Virus record (IMG/VR): IMGVR_UViG_3300033984_000473
Span: 62,001 to 126,000 of that record
Reading direction: 5' to 3' (one strand)
DNA: 64,000 nucleotides
The position numbers and the translations under genes are program-made. The notes under the pieces are model-generated. The model searched no databases. It saw nothing but the letters and a program-made list of their open reading frames with translations, and had not been told where the DNA came from. Below are positions 28,239 to 38,631 of this stretch, piece by piece. Numbering within the stretch: position 1 is the stretch's first letter; the number at the start of each line of letters is the position of its first letter.

Positions 28239-28286
28239 GTGTTTGTTGTTTTATGTTGTTGTATGTACACAATTGTGTGCATTGGG

Positions 28287-28652
28287 TTATTCTTTATTAA
28301 GAGTATCTAATTGTTTTTGTATATCGGATAGCTTTCCTTCAATTTCTTTTTGTTTCCCTATATACTTTTCTATGCTTGTTACATTATCGGTATATATTCT
28401 TGATAGGAATTTCTTTCTTAGTTCTAATTGTCTTATAAGGCATATTCTTTTTACATCGTTGAGATGTGCTGTATGTTGTGGGATTGGTTCAAGGCTTGTT
28501 ACTGGCATCATATCGTATATGTGACCGAGTTCATCTTTTATGTCATAGAAACCATCGTATGCGTAATGGATTTCCACTGGATATTTTTCGTATGGTGTAT
28601 CTAGTAGAGTTCCTGTAAATAGGACAGTTTGTCCTTTGGTGAATGTTTTCAT
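28287..28652 (-). CDS. hypothetical protein
   Basis: Start corrected to MKTF. Confidence 0.65.
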   Translation of the reverse strand: MKTFTKGQTVLFTGTLLDTPYEKYPVEIHYAYDGFYDIKDELGHIYDMMPVTSLEPIPQHTAHLNDVKRICLIRQLELRKKFLSRIYTDNVTSIEKYIGKQKEIEGKLSDIQKQLDTLNKE

Positions 28653-28656
28653 GGTA

Positions 28657-29022
28657 TTAACGTTTATTAGAAATTTTTGATAAATCAATAGTACCGACCA
28701 CTTTAAATGTTGCGAATTGCAATGCGATATTATTACTTCTTTGTTTTTCTTTAGCCAATTGTTCTTTGGTAGGATTTTCTTTTTGTAGCTTAGTTCTAAG
28801 TTTATTAGAGATTTCTTTTCCGTTTCTTCCTATGTGATAATTATGACATACGTTACATTTATAGGATATTACTTTGTGTATTCTATCTGGAATCGCATTT
28901 TCTTTTTTACATTCTTTTATGGCTTCCTCTAGTGTATTGAATTTTTTCTTATTCTTATACACTGGTTTTCCTTCTTCATAACGTAAGAGTGTTTGACATT
29001 GATTTTTGGTAGCGTTTTCCAT
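28657..29022 (-). CDS. basic zinc-ribbon protein
   Basis: YKCNVCHNYHIGR. Confidence 0.7.
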   Translation of the reverse strand: MENATKNQCQTLLRYEEGKPVYKNKKKFNTLEEAIKECKKENAIPDRIHKVISYKCNVCHNYHIGRNGKEISNKLRTKLQKENPTKEQLAKEKQRSNNIALQFATFKVVGTIDLSKISNKR

Positions 29023-29063
29023 AATACAAAGGTACATAAATTAATTGGACTGCACAAGTTTTT

Positions 29064-29408
29064 TTATGAAAAATGTGAGAAGATAAATAGCTTTGGATTT
29101 GTTTGTGGTTCAAATCCGAATACTTCAATGAACTTGGCGATTATCTTATCATCGTCAAACTTTTTAATATCAATATCTACAAAGTCCCACCCTTCATATT
29201 CTTCGTCACAGCTTTGCACGTTAAGTCCAAAGACGTTATAGCTACCACACATTCCATCACAGATTAGTGTATAGTCTTCTCCTTCAAACCCACACATCAT
29301 GGATTCAAACTTTTCATCATAGACATCAATTTCGTTTCCTTCGTTGTCTAGGATTTCGAATGGCAATTTCCAACCATATACAATGTAATCACTTCTATCT
29401 ACTCCCAT
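29064..29408 (-). CDS. hypothetical protein
   Basis: Start corrected to MGVDR. Confidence 0.75.
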   Translation of the reverse strand: MGVDRSDYIVYGWKLPFEILDNEGNEIDVYDEKFESMMCGFEGEDYTLICDGMCGSYNVFGLNVQSCDEEYEGWDFVDIDIKKFDDDKIIAKFIEVFGFEPQTNPKLFIFSHFS

Positions 29409-29758
29409 TATTCTTTTTCTTTTATAAGTTTTAATCCTTCTTGCAGTCCAATTTCCAATGCTTCTTCCCAAGTTGGGAATCTATTAATAGGAAGCTTTGG
29501 GTTATTATGTGAAACGTAAATATCATTTACGGTACATACATATTCTAGTGTTTTATCAAACGCATAACTTTCTCTGGGTGTTACGTGAATATGATATTTT
29601 TCTCTAAGCCATTTTTGAAGTATAGCTTGTGTTGGCACATAGGTATATTCAACATTTTTAATGGTCATATCGTTATTATAATGTATCATTCTACCTATTG
29701 GGTAATTTTTCCCAAAAGCTAAAATAGTAGTTTCAACATTAATTTTTTCTTCTTTCAT
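29408..29758 (-). CDS. hypothetical phage protein
   Basis: LQKWLREKY..EEALEIGLQEGLKLI pattern. Confidence 0.75.
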   Translation of the reverse strand: MKEEKINVETTILAFGKNYPIGRMIHYNNDMTIKNVEYTYVPTQAILQKWLREKYHIHVTPRESYAFDKTLEYVCTVNDIYVSHNNPKLPINRFPTWEEALEIGLQEGLKLIKEKE

Positions 29759-29836
29759 AGCATTATTTAATTTTCTTTATCCACCTTAACCAGATGAATG
29801 TTGTTTGTGTCAGCACCCATGTGATTATTCTCTGTT

Positions 29837-30034
29837 TCATACTAGGTCAGTGGTTATTATTTGTTCTTCTGGTGTTAGTGGTATATTGCTAGGTGATGTA
29901 GAGTGTTGTCCACATACTACGCACCATGTTATACCCAACTTGTTATCTCTAAACTTATGTTTACCGTTAGAACATTGTTGTCTTAGTTTCCAATAGTGTT
30001 CAAGTGTTTGAACCACCTTAACTATTTTACCCAT
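29837..30034 (-). CDS. hypothetical protein
   Basis: CxxC motif. Confidence 0.6.
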   Translation of the reverse strand: MGKIVKVVQTLEHYWKLRQQCSNGKHKFRDNKLGITWCVVCGQHSTSPSNIPLTPEEQIITTDLV

Positions 30035-30046
30035 AGCCTATATATG

Positions 30047-30442
30047 TTAAATTGATATGTCGTACTCTTTGATGAATTGAATGATTGCTCTTACGCATTC
30101 AAGTTCGGCTTCCATAAATGTATCATAGATACCTACGCTAGTTCCTTCTGTTGGTGTTCTTCCACCGTACCAAAACTTGGCTTCACATTTTCTAGGTTCT
30201 GGTGATAGGTATGGTTGTACCCATCCTTCGATTCTAAACTTCTCTCTAAAGAAATCGAATGCTTGTCCGTATGTCAGACCTAGTATGGTATCTAGTGTAC
30301 AGTGTGTAGAATGGAAGAAACCTAGTGCAAGTTTTTCGTTTATGTAGTTACCATGGCAAGTTACTTGTTCATTGTTAACACCGAAGTTTTTTAGTTCAAG
30401 TGCTTCTGGGTATGGTACGTAGTTTTCGTTAATATTTCTCAT
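30047..30442 (-). CDS. hypothetical phage protein
   Basis: Operon context. Confidence 0.75.
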   Translation of the reverse strand: MRNINENYVPYPEALELKNFGVNNEQVTCHGNYINEKLALGFFHSTHCTLDTILGLTYGQAFDFFREKFRIEGWVQPYLSPEPRKCEAKFWYGGRTPTEGTSVGIYDTFMEAELECVRAIIQFIKEYDISI

Positions 30443-30720
30443 TTGATTTGTTTTAATTTACAACCTCTAAATGTTTTCTGTCCTTTGATATATGGGAATA
30501 GGTTATAGAAGTTTCTCCATACCTTATCGGAACGTTTCAATGATGGCACTCTAACAGATATTTGACCGTAACCACCATCACCACTTTTGACATTGTAGGC
30601 TTTTTGGTTATCTCTGGTAACTTGCTTTGGCATATAGTTATAGTCTGGTCTTCCATTCCATCTAAGTCCCCAGTGTCCGTTATAGGATTTGACTAGTCTG
30701 TATATTGGTTTTTCTTCCAT
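30439..30720 (-). CDS. hypothetical protein
   Basis: Operon context. Confidence 0.7.
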   Translation of the reverse strand: MEEKPIYRLVKSYNGHWGLRWNGRPDYNYMPKQVTRDNQKAYNVKSGDGGYGQISVRVPSLKRSDKVWRNFYNLFPYIKGQKTFRGCKLKQIK

Positions 30721-31469
30721 TAGTATCTTTCGTTAAATCGTTTAAGGATATCTAGTAGATAAGGGTCTAGTTTACTTTCTACGTAGTCTATATCTGCTTG
30801 TGTTAGGTCTTGAAGGTGATAGTTTAGTAGTTCACCAACTATTGATGCGTTTGTATCGGTATCACCGCCACAGCTAACAACGTTTTTGATAGCATCTTGG
30901 GTGTTCTTATCTGAATGATAGATAAATGCACTTTTACAGAATCTAAAAGTATCTTTGGCTTTCACTTCAAACTTTTTAAATGGAAATAATTTAAACTTAA
31001 TAAAGTAGTCATACTCCTTAACGTTTGCATAGTACAGTTCAGCCAGTTCCAACGAATATACAATGCTTTCAGCGTTCACGTGTGATGTTAGGCAAGATTC
31101 AGCGATAAGTTCTTTGGTTGTTAACAAAGCATTTGATAGATACATAAACGGTGCTATTCTCATAAGACAGCCGTTACCCCAAGATTTATTAATGGTACCC
31201 ATTGGTGAGTTAAGCCATTCTTTGAAGTCTTTCCCATAGTGGTCGCCTTGGTATCTCATACCAACTTCTTTGTATGCTTCCTCGAATGATTGGTTATCTA
31301 GGATTGCTTTGGCAGTTGCCAGTGTCATTAGCGTATCATCGCTAAATACTGAATCTGGGTTATGTAGGTTGATTGTATCTTCTGGTGGGAAGTTTGCCAT
31401 AATGGGAAACTCGTAGGGTTGTCCTACGAGGTCACCAAGTATTGCTCCGTATAGTTTATCTTTTTTCAT
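30720..31469 (-). CDS. ADP-ribosylglycohydrolase (DraG/ARH family)
   Basis: GAILGDLVG, FSDDT, GNGCLMR, GGDTDTNASI. Confidence 0.9.
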   Translation of the reverse strand: MKKDKLYGAILGDLVGQPYEFPIMANFPPEDTINLHNPDSVFSDDTLMTLATAKAILDNQSFEEAYKEVGMRYQGDHYGKDFKEWLNSPMGTINKSWGNGCLMRIAPFMYLSNALLTTKELIAESCLTSHVNAESIVYSLELAELYYANVKEYDYFIKFKLFPFKKFEVKAKDTFRFCKSAFIYHSDKNTQDAIKNVVSCGGDTDTNASIVGELLNYHLQDLTQADIDYVESKLDPYLLDILKRFNERY

Positions 31470-31519
31470 AGTACAAAGGTACATATAATATTTCATATAT
31501 GCAAATTTAATATTAGAAA

Positions 31520-31927
31520 TTAGTCAACCAGAGCGTAGTAATGTACATTCCACAATTCATCAGCATCAATTTCTTTTAGCAATTGTAGTGCATCTTCATC
31601 AGACGTTGGTTCTCTATCAACTTTGATAGCACCTTCGTCACCCGATTCTGTTCTGTATTGTATGTACCAACCTTTTTCTGTTGGGGTAAATGACTTGTCG
31701 GTGTTTGACGAATAGAACACTGGGTTATTCTTTTTGACATTATTTTGCCAGAATAAGGTTTCCAATTCTTCATCGATTAACGGTTTGTAATCGGCTGTAT
31801 TATCTTCGTTAAGATGCCAAGTGATTGTTATTTCACCATCAACCCATTGGATTTCTTCTCTGACGTATGAGTGACCTTCGGCTTCGCATAGCCATTTTCT
31901 TCTTGATTCTAGTTTTCTGATATTCAT
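31520..31927 (-). CDS. hypothetical protein
   Basis: ORF track. Confidence 0.65.
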   Translation of the reverse strand: MNIRKLESRRKWLCEAEGHSYVREEIQWVDGEITITWHLNEDNTADYKPLIDEELETLFWQNNVKKNNPVFYSSNTDKSFTPTEKGWYIQYRTESGDEGAIKVDREPTSDEDALQLLKEIDADELWNVHYYALVD

Positions 31928-32088
31928 AGTATTAGTATTTACTGCTAAGATATTGGATTTCCTTTAAGGTGTAGCAACCATCAAAAACACTATTTGCTTT
32001 TGAAAGTAATTCCATATATCTTTTATGTGATATTTTATTGAATAGATTTCTTTTACCCTTTAGGTAAACTCGTAGTAGTCTAAACATA

Positions 32089-32373
32089 TTACTTCTTTTT
32101 AAATTGTTCTTTTAACTCCCTTTTGATATCTCGATATGAGTCTGGGTTTATACCATTAATCAAAAATGCCAATGGTATATAAAACAACAACATGATGTAA
32201 GTCAGTGGGTTATAGATGTTTATTCTAATTTCACTATAATAATCATTATTGTTTTTCCAAACATTCTGGTCGGTTATGATAAGTTTGAACAATTTTATTT
32301 GCACCATGAATCGCATAAAACCACTTAGTCTACGCATTTCAAATTTTCGATATTCTTTTAAGGTCATTTTCAT
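32089..32373 (-). CDS. hypothetical membrane-associated protein
   Basis: Own promoter; hydrophobic segment. Confidence 0.65.
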   Translation of the reverse strand: MKMTLKEYRKFEMRRLSGFMRFMVQIKLFKLIITDQNVWKNNNDYYSEIRINIYNPLTYIMLLFYIPLAFLINGINPDSYRDIKRELKEQFKKK

Positions 32374-32413
32374 ACTACAAAGGTACGAATACTATTTCAA
32401 AAAAGCAAGTAAA

Positions 32414-32752
32414 TTACAGAATATTTAGAAACTCTGCCAATTTATCTTCAATCATTTCACCCACGTCCAAATCGGTTCCTTTGGCTGACGTTCTAACAAG
32501 ACAGCTCATTAACCCTAAAGCTTCTGCTTTGGTTAATTCTAGTGTAAACTTAGGTTCTACATATAGAATTGAGTCTGATTCATCATCCAAGCAACTTATC
32601 CAGTAATCACCAAGACTTTCGTCATTGGCAAACGATGCACATTTAGCTTCTAATTTAAGTTCACAAGACTTTTCACCACCATTATTGGTGTTATGTAAAT
32701 TGCAAGTAGCACAGCTTCTATTTGAGTAATCTCTTACACGAGTTTCTGGCAT
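32414..32752 (-). CDS. hypothetical Cys-rich protein
   Basis: Operon context. Confidence 0.65.
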   Translation of the reverse strand: MPETRVRDYSNRSCATCNLHNTNNGGEKSCELKLEAKCASFANDESLGDYWISCLDDESDSILYVEPKFTLELTKAEALGLMSCLVRTSAKGTDLDVGEMIEDKLAEFLNIL

Positions 32753-32753
32753 C

Positions 32754-32942
32754 TTATTTCTTTTTAAGGATTTCTTTTAGCTTCGCCACGATTTCTCTGT
32801 AAGCATATTCCTCACCTACTTCAACGCCATACTCATAGCTATCGTCAAAGTTTCCATTGTCCCAGTGTTCCACTTCAAAATCAAAATCTGGGTCAATCTT
32901 TGATTCCATTTCGTTCAATAATCCTTCTAATTCTTCTTGCAT
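32754..32942 (-). CDS. hypothetical acidic protein
   Basis: Operon context. Confidence 0.7.
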   Translation of the reverse strand: MQEELEGLLNEMESKIDPDFDFEVEHWDNGNFDDSYEYGVEVGEEYAYREIVAKLKEILKKK

Positions 32943-32944
32943 AG

Positions 32945-33553
32945 TTATTGTTTTTTAAATTGTTTAAACCATTGTTTTAAATCTACCTTAACTAAAGCAG
33001 ATTGTAATGCTTCTGAAATTATAATTTTAACTTCTTCCTCATTATAAAGACTTTTCATCTTAGCATCCAAATCGTTAATGATTGATTTGAGTGCTGATAT
33101 TTCAAAGTTAAGTGCGTTGATATTCATGTTTTCTCTTTCCCATTTAACACCTTCCTCAAAGCTTTTAGGGCATTGCCAAACTCCGCTGTTTGCAAAATCT
33201 TTGGTTGCTTTCTCTAGCATTGCTTTTTTGATATCTTTCGTACCGTGATAGATTTCTTCAAGTTCTTCTGGCATGATACCAAATAGTGTATTGATACCTT
33301 TTGAATTACCGCCAATAAAGTAGTTTGTTATTAGGACACGTCTTTCAGTTTCTTGTTTGGCTAACCACCATGTTCTGACAATCTTATCGGTATATCGGTC
33401 TTCAACTTCTCTCTCCCACATTGTTTCAATTTCGCTACCAGTAAGGCTACCAGTTTGTCTATCTGGAAAATATAATCTTGTAGCATCGGCTTGACATTTA
33501 GCCATTCTACCGCTATTCCACCAACCCATTGCGTTTTCTCTCGTTGTAGTCAT
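32945..33553 (-). CDS. hypothetical protein
   Basis: 202 aa. Confidence 0.7.
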   Translation of the reverse strand: MTTTRENAMGWWNSGRMAKCQADATRLYFPDRQTGSLTGSEIETMWEREVEDRYTDKIVRTWWLAKQETERRVLITNYFIGGNSKGINTLFGIMPEELEEIYHGTKDIKKAMLEKATKDFANSGVWQCPKSFEEGVKWERENMNINALNFEISALKSIINDLDAKMKSLYNEEEVKIIISEALQSALVKVDLKQWFKQFKKQ

Positions 33554-34368
33554 TATCTTTTTAATTTATCAATGATTTCTTTAAATTTAATCATGTAATC
33601 ATAGTGTACATTTTCATTATGAACAATACTAAGTCTGTCAAAAATAAATGTTAAGTGTTTGATATCATCTTCGGATATATTTTCAGATATGTTTTCATCA
33701 AAGCCATCGATAAATCCAATACATTCCTCTTGTGTATGTTTTTCTTTCACATATTTATCCAAGGCTTTTGCAAGTCTATCTTTGTGAGTTACTTTAGATT
33801 GTTCTCTTATCTTAAACCTTTGCATTGGTGATAACCATTCACCATCGCCACCGAAATACTTTTTAGGTATCTTAAATATATTAAGAAAATCATCTATGTT
33901 TAATGTTTTTTCACTAGGTAGCTCAATGTAGTACATGAGTTTTTCGTAGTCACCTTCTTGACAGATTAAACTAACACAGAAACCATGTTTATCGTAAAAT
34001 TTAATTTCGGATTCAATCTTGACAAAATCATGCGTTGGGTTTTTGGCGTACCATTCCAGAACTTCCATGGATATTTCTTGAACACCCGCTCTGATAAGTT
34101 CTTGGTCGGTGGTCATAATGATTTTCTTACAGTATAGTTTACCGTATTCATCAGAGGTAAATCCTTTGTCTTTAAAGATAATATTATTATCAATGTTGAT
34201 TCCCCATTCATCAAGCTTCGGTTCTTCATTGATTGTGATGTGCATATCCAAGGCATCCATTCTAAGTGATGGTTCACCGAATATTGGTGTATAATCAAAA
34301 CGAACCCTACCATTCATGACGGTAAGGTAAGCTTTTTCTTGTGTTATTGTTAGGTGTATGTTTTTCAT
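33553..34368 (-). CDS. hypothetical protein
   Basis: 271 aa; own promoter. Confidence 0.75.
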   Translation of the reverse strand: MKNIHLTITQEKAYLTVMNGRVRFDYTPIFGEPSLRMDALDMHITINEEPKLDEWGINIDNNIIFKDKGFTSDEYGKLYCKKIIMTTDQELIRAGVQEISMEVLEWYAKNPTHDFVKIESEIKFYDKHGFCVSLICQEGDYEKLMYYIELPSEKTLNIDDFLNIFKIPKKYFGGDGEWLSPMQRFKIREQSKVTHKDRLAKALDKYVKEKHTQEECIGFIDGFDENISENISEDDIKHLTFIFDRLSIVHNENVHYDYMIKFKEIIDKLKR

Positions 34369-34404
34369 AGTACAAAGGTATGTAAAGTTTTTGGAATATC
34401 CTAA

Positions 34405-34695
34405 TTAATCTGTAACAAAATGACAACTTGCAAGTCCTTGAATTGAAATCATGCGATAGAAATCATCTAAGTTAATCATTCTAGGTGTTTTATCAGCATA
34501 AGAATGTGCATAATACATAATGGTAAAGTCATGGATATATTCTGTGATATGCCAACATGGTGACTTACTTGAATAGTAGGTATTGAATATTCCAGTAGGT
34601 TTATGTAGTATCATCAAATCAACAAATTCATCCATTGATAATTTTTCAGTTTTTACACTTACTACTTCGACTAACCTATATAATTTTATTTCCAT
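34405..34695 (-). CDS. hypothetical protein
   Basis: Operon context. Confidence 0.55.
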   Translation of the reverse strand: MEIKLYRLVEVVSVKTEKLSMDEFVDLMILHKPTGIFNTYYSSKSPCWHITEYIHDFTIMYYAHSYADKTPRMINLDDFYRMISIQGLASCHFVTD

Positions 34696-34864
34696 CTACG
34701 AGTTTTAATATACGAGAAGACTTAGGGCAAAGCACCATATCTTCTCCAATGCGTTCATATTGAACACCATTTATTTCTAGTGTCTTTCCGTTTCTCTTTG
34801 AGTTTCTGATTTCTTTCAGACTGGTTGAATCGTCTTCGCACCAGAATCTTTTTGATTTACTCAT
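34676..34864 (-). CDS. hypothetical protein
   Basis: Operon context. Confidence 0.6.
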   Translation of the reverse strand: MSKSKRFWCEDDSTSLKEIRNSKRNGKTLEINGVQYERIGEDMVLCPKSSRILKLVDGNKII

Positions 34865-35222
34865 GGTATTGTTCAGCCAATTCGATTACTCTAATTACCT
34901 TAGAGGTTTCTTGTTTGATGATAAGGTGTTGGAATCTCTCATAGAACTTCACATCGGTAGCTTCAAACTCATGGATAAACCAACCTTGTTCTTGTAGTTG
35001 TAGGATATCTTCGTTAGTAAACCAATTGTATAATGTTTCTAAGCTTTCGGTAGCTGAAAGCCAACCAACAATCTCTGGGTCGAAATCCATTTCAAGTTTG
35101 TTGTTCAAACAAAAGCTAAATTCCTCATGGATAAGTCCTGTAAATTGACCTTTCCAATCGTACCACAATCCTTGTAGGGTATCTTTGTGGCATACTCTGT
35201 AATATATTTTTTTATTGCTCAT
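34857..35222 (-). CDS. hypothetical phage protein
   Basis: Operon context. Confidence 0.75.
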   Translation of the reverse strand: MSNKKIYYRVCHKDTLQGLWYDWKGQFTGLIHEEFSFCLNNKLEMDFDPEIVGWLSATESLETLYNWFTNEDILQLQEQGWFIHEFEATDVKFYERFQHLIIKQETSKVIRVIELAEQYHE

Positions 35223-35406
35223 TTTTCAATGTTTTTCTGCCCACACATTTTGTTTCTTCTTTGCAATCCCATAACCCACCTCTTTTCTCTGATGGTATCA
35301 TATGACAGTTATGTGGTTTGTTATGTTTTTTTGAATGTTCGATAATTATATCGTTATGCTGTGTTCTAACAACCCATGGACATTCCTTGCATGGTTTCTT
35401 ACTCAT
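35212..35406 (-). CDS. small Cys/His-rich protein
   Basis: PCKECPW...CH...C. Confidence 0.7.
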   Translation of the reverse strand: MSKKPCKECPWVVRTQHNDIIIEHSKKHNKPHNCHMIPSEKRGGLWDCKEETKCVGRKTLKNEQ

Positions 35407-35782
35407 TTTTCAATGTTTTTAACTTGGCTTCCAACGCTTCAATATCACGTTGTTTTTTGGCATCCGCTTTCACTTTCAATGCGTTGTGGTACGCTTCGAT
35501 TTCTACTTGTTTAGCAAGACGATATTCAACACCGTACAAATCCAACTCGCCATGGTCACAGTGCCAGTCACAACTAACGTGTGTTGCACCATGCGACCTC
35601 ATTTGAGTTAGGTTATTGATAAGAGTTTCAATATCTACAAGACCAACATCGGTCAATGCACCATCACCTAATTCAATATAGTTATCGTGTTTGTCGTAAT
35701 CGTAACCCATTTCCTCATATGGTCTTGAGTCCATTGAGATTTCTTGAATATTTTTCTGATGTAAATAGATAGCGTTTTTCAT
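35399..35782 (-). CDS. hypothetical protein
   Basis: Operon context. Confidence 0.75.
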   Translation of the reverse strand: MKNAIYLHQKNIQEISMDSRPYEEMGYDYDKHDNYIELGDGALTDVGLVDIETLINNLTQMRSHGATHVSCDWHCDHGELDLYGVEYRLAKQVEIEAYHNALKVKADAKKQRDIEALEAKLKTLKNE

Positions 35783-35786
35783 TGTT

Positions 35787-36143
35787 TTAAGATTTGATTG
35801 TTGATACTTTAGTTATTCTTCCACCGCCACCCCAAGAGTAGAAATCTGGGTGTTCCACTGCGTAGCTTAGTGCTTCTTTAAGAGTTCCCTCGAAGATACC
35901 TAAGTCTGGTTCGTGGTGATATCCACCCATATCACAGTTAGGGTCTTCACCTTTGATTTTCCATAAGCCAAAATCATCAAGGTTATTCTTAGCCATTAGT
36001 TCTTTGGCAGAGTAAGCACCATCTAAGTATTTTTGAATCTTGCGTTCAACCAGTGGTATTCTCTCTATGGCTTCTAGCTTTTCTTTTTCAAGGTTTAGCT
36101 TTTGAATTTCTTTTTCGATTTCGTTGATGCGGTTTTGACTCAT
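35787..36143 (-). CDS. hypothetical phage protein
   Basis: Own promoter. Confidence 0.75.
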   Translation of the reverse strand: MSQNRINEIEKEIQKLNLEKEKLEAIERIPLVERKIQKYLDGAYSAKELMAKNNLDDFGLWKIKGEDPNCDMGGYHHEPDLGIFEGTLKEALSYAVEHPDFYSWGGGGRITKVSTIKS

Positions 36144-36195
36144 AGTATTTCGATATTAGATTACAAAGGTATGAATAATATTTCAGACTACCAAA

Positions 36196-36780
36196 TTAAA
36201 ATGTAAATTTTAATTTATAATTGTTTGATTCCCAGATTTCACTCGTAATGTCTAGTTTATCTTTAAGAATTTCTAACATTTTCTCGTGATTCCTAGACCG
36301 ATACAATGTCATTTTACCAGTACAAGTTTCAATAACCCATGGATAATTTTCCTCATTTTTCCTACACTTCAATTTAAAATCGTTCAAACCATGGTCTTGG
36401 TTTATAATCGTAACCACCAACTGATAATAAACCAAATGATACATATAACCACCTTCACCACAATGTCTATTTTCACATTTAATAATTCTAAACTCCATAG
36501 TTTCTCTAGGGAAATAAAAACACTCATAGTAAACACCTTCGGTATCTTTATAATAATCTAAAATATCATCATTTATTAATTTAGCACCATAATCACTAAT
36601 GTTGGCTTTGAACCTTTTTTCCATGGTAAAACCCTTACCATCTGCGAAAAATATTTGATTGCGTCTTTCATCGTATCTTTCGAATGTAGTAAGGGTGTTA
36701 TCGTAATACTCTTTAAACTCTTTCAAGTCAAAGTTATCGTAATAGGTAGTTTCTTGTCTAACTAACTTCTTCATTGACAT
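36196..36780 (-). CDS. hypothetical protein
   Basis: 194 aa. Confidence 0.7.
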   Translation of the reverse strand: MSMKKLVRQETTYYDNFDLKEFKEYYDNTLTTFERYDERRNQIFFADGKGFTMEKRFKANISDYGAKLINDDILDYYKDTEGVYYECFYFPRETMEFRIIKCENRHCGEGGYMYHLVYYQLVVTIINQDHGLNDFKLKCRKNEENYPWVIETCTGKMTLYRSRNHEKMLEILKDKLDITSEIWESNNYKLKFTF

Positions 36781-37240
36781 CTTCCACTACTTCAAAATAA
36801 AAAGTTTCGTCATTATATTTAAGTGAAAACTTTAATTGGTTGTTAATAACCAATGAACTAGAAATCATAAACCCAACAGCATCTTTGTAGTATTCAGAAC
36901 CTTTAGGTATTGTACACTCATAAATCTTGTGAATTTCGTTACCTTCAACTAAAACCTTCTTTGCACTTTCCAGATTATCAATCGAATGGAACCCTTGTCC
37001 TAGACAAATCAAATCTGGTTCTCTTTTCCACCCATTAGGATAATTTGATTGTAACCATTCAACATCGAGAATACCTAGACAACACCATTCATCTGAATGT
37101 TCTATCTTTTCTGTATAAACCTTACCTATTTCATAGGTGAATAACTGATAAACAGCACTCTCATTTTCGGTTAATACTTTGAAAACAGTAATGTCTTCAT
37201 TAGCAATCAATGCTATTTTTTGTGTTGTAATTAAGCACAT
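36758..37240 (-). CDS. hypothetical phage protein
   Basis: GFH..ECTIPKGSEYY pattern. Confidence 0.75.
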   Translation of the reverse strand: MCLITTQKIALIANEDITVFKVLTENESAVYQLFTYEIGKVYTEKIEHSDEWCCLGILDVEWLQSNYPNGWKREPDLICLGQGFHSIDNLESAKKVLVEGNEIHKIYECTIPKGSEYYKDAVGFMISSSLVINNQLKFSLKYNDETFYFEVVEDVNEEVS

Positions 37241-37258
37241 AATATTTTTGTTTTTAGA

Positions 37259-38332
37259 TTAATCTTCGTCTTCTTCGTATTCATCAACATACGATTTGTT
37301 GATTTCAGCAAATGCTTCAAGCAACTTTTGGTGGTGTGCGTGTTCGCCACATTGTGGTGTTAAGTACAAAACGTGTGGGTAAAATCTACTAGACATTGGG
37401 TGCATATTACCTCTAATGTTGATAAGGTCAACAATTCTATCACCATAAGCATCCAAGTCCTTGAAATACTTATTGACAATTGTTGCTGATTTTTCAGCTT
37501 TGGCTAATATTTTCTTAACGCTTTCTTCGTTTTTAACATCACCATCACTTGCCAACTCTAACATCATTGCTTTCAAGTCCAACTCTCGTTCCATATTTCC
37601 AAATCTGTCACCAAAGATGTAATTTAGCGTTGACATTTGTTTTCTTTCTGACATCAATCTCCATGCTTCGCTTTTGGTTTTACCTTTAAGGTATTGCAAT
37701 TCTTCTGGAACATCAATGTACGTTTCAATGCTACTCTCGTTTCCTTTACCCATGTGGTAAACATATCGCCTACTTTGACTTAACAAAGTGCTTCCATCGG
37801 AGTACAAGATAGTATCACCTTTTTTGTATGCAGTCTTAAATCTTGTTGGGTCGTAGTTGTTAATCTCAAATCCTTCAACTATTTCTAAACCTAATAGCTT
37901 TGTCATTTCTGGTGTGCCATAGTCCATATACCCTTGGTCGTGAATGTTTAAGTTTTGAATCATTACTTCATATACTTGTTTGTCAACCCACATAAAACGC
38001 CAGTTAGCAACTTCTTCCAGTCTATCGTTAGCTTCCAGTTTTGCTTTGGTAGCTTTAGCTTCATCTCTATCGTAGGTAAATTTACCATCGACCAAGAACT
38101 CAACAAATTCATCAATCGTGATACCTAAGTGGTCTTCGATTAATTTGGTGTTGTCGTCATGAATGATGTCTTCCATTCCACCGTAGTCATTGTATCTACC
38201 GAAGATAGGCAACGTAGATGGTAAGTAACCGCCATACTCACTGCTATCACCTTTGATAGGTATAATTACACATTCATTTCCAGATGTAATAGCGATATTA
38301 CTTATTCCACAGCTTACTGACCAACTTCCCAT
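37259..38332 (-). CDS. hypothetical phage protein
   Basis: About 357 aa; start corrected to MGSWSVSC. Confidence 0.85.
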   Translation of the reverse strand: MGSWSVSCGISNIAITSGNECVIIPIKGDSSEYGGYLPSTLPIFGRYNDYGGMEDIIHDDNTKLIEDHLGITIDEFVEFLVDGKFTYDRDEAKATKAKLEANDRLEEVANWRFMWVDKQVYEVMIQNLNIHDQGYMDYGTPEMTKLLGLEIVEGFEINNYDPTRFKTAYKKGDTILYSDGSTLLSQSRRYVYHMGKGNESSIETYIDVPEELQYLKGKTKSEAWRLMSERKQMSTLNYIFGDRFGNMERELDLKAMMLELASDGDVKNEESVKKILAKAEKSATIVNKYFKDLDAYGDRIVDLINIRGNMHPMSSRFYPHVLYLTPQCGEHAHHQKLLEAFAEINKSYVDEYEEDED

Positions 38333-38391
38333 AATAGTTTCTTTTAGATTAGAGTACAAAGGTATGTATAATATTTTAGATATGCAAATTT

Positions 38392-38631
38392 TTAATCAAA
38401 AAAATCAGTATCAAATGTCCAATTAAAAAATGCAAAGAGAATAGCTTGGCAAATCCCTACAAAACCAAACATTAAAACAACACCAAGACCTATTAGTGTG
38501 AACATACCAATCATTAATGGTATTACTAACCAATTTGATGTATTGTTACTCATAAAGACTACACTATACACAGAAAATAACCAGAATAATAAAAGTAAAA
38601 TTCTGGTTATTAGTTTTAATTTATTTTCCAT
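38392..38631 (-). CDS. small membrane protein
   Basis: Hydrophobic; start corrected. Confidence 0.65.
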   Translation of the reverse strand: MENKLKLITRILLLLFWLFSVYSVVFMSNNTSNWLVIPLMIGMFTLIGLGVVLMFGFVGICQAILFAFFNWTFDTDFFD

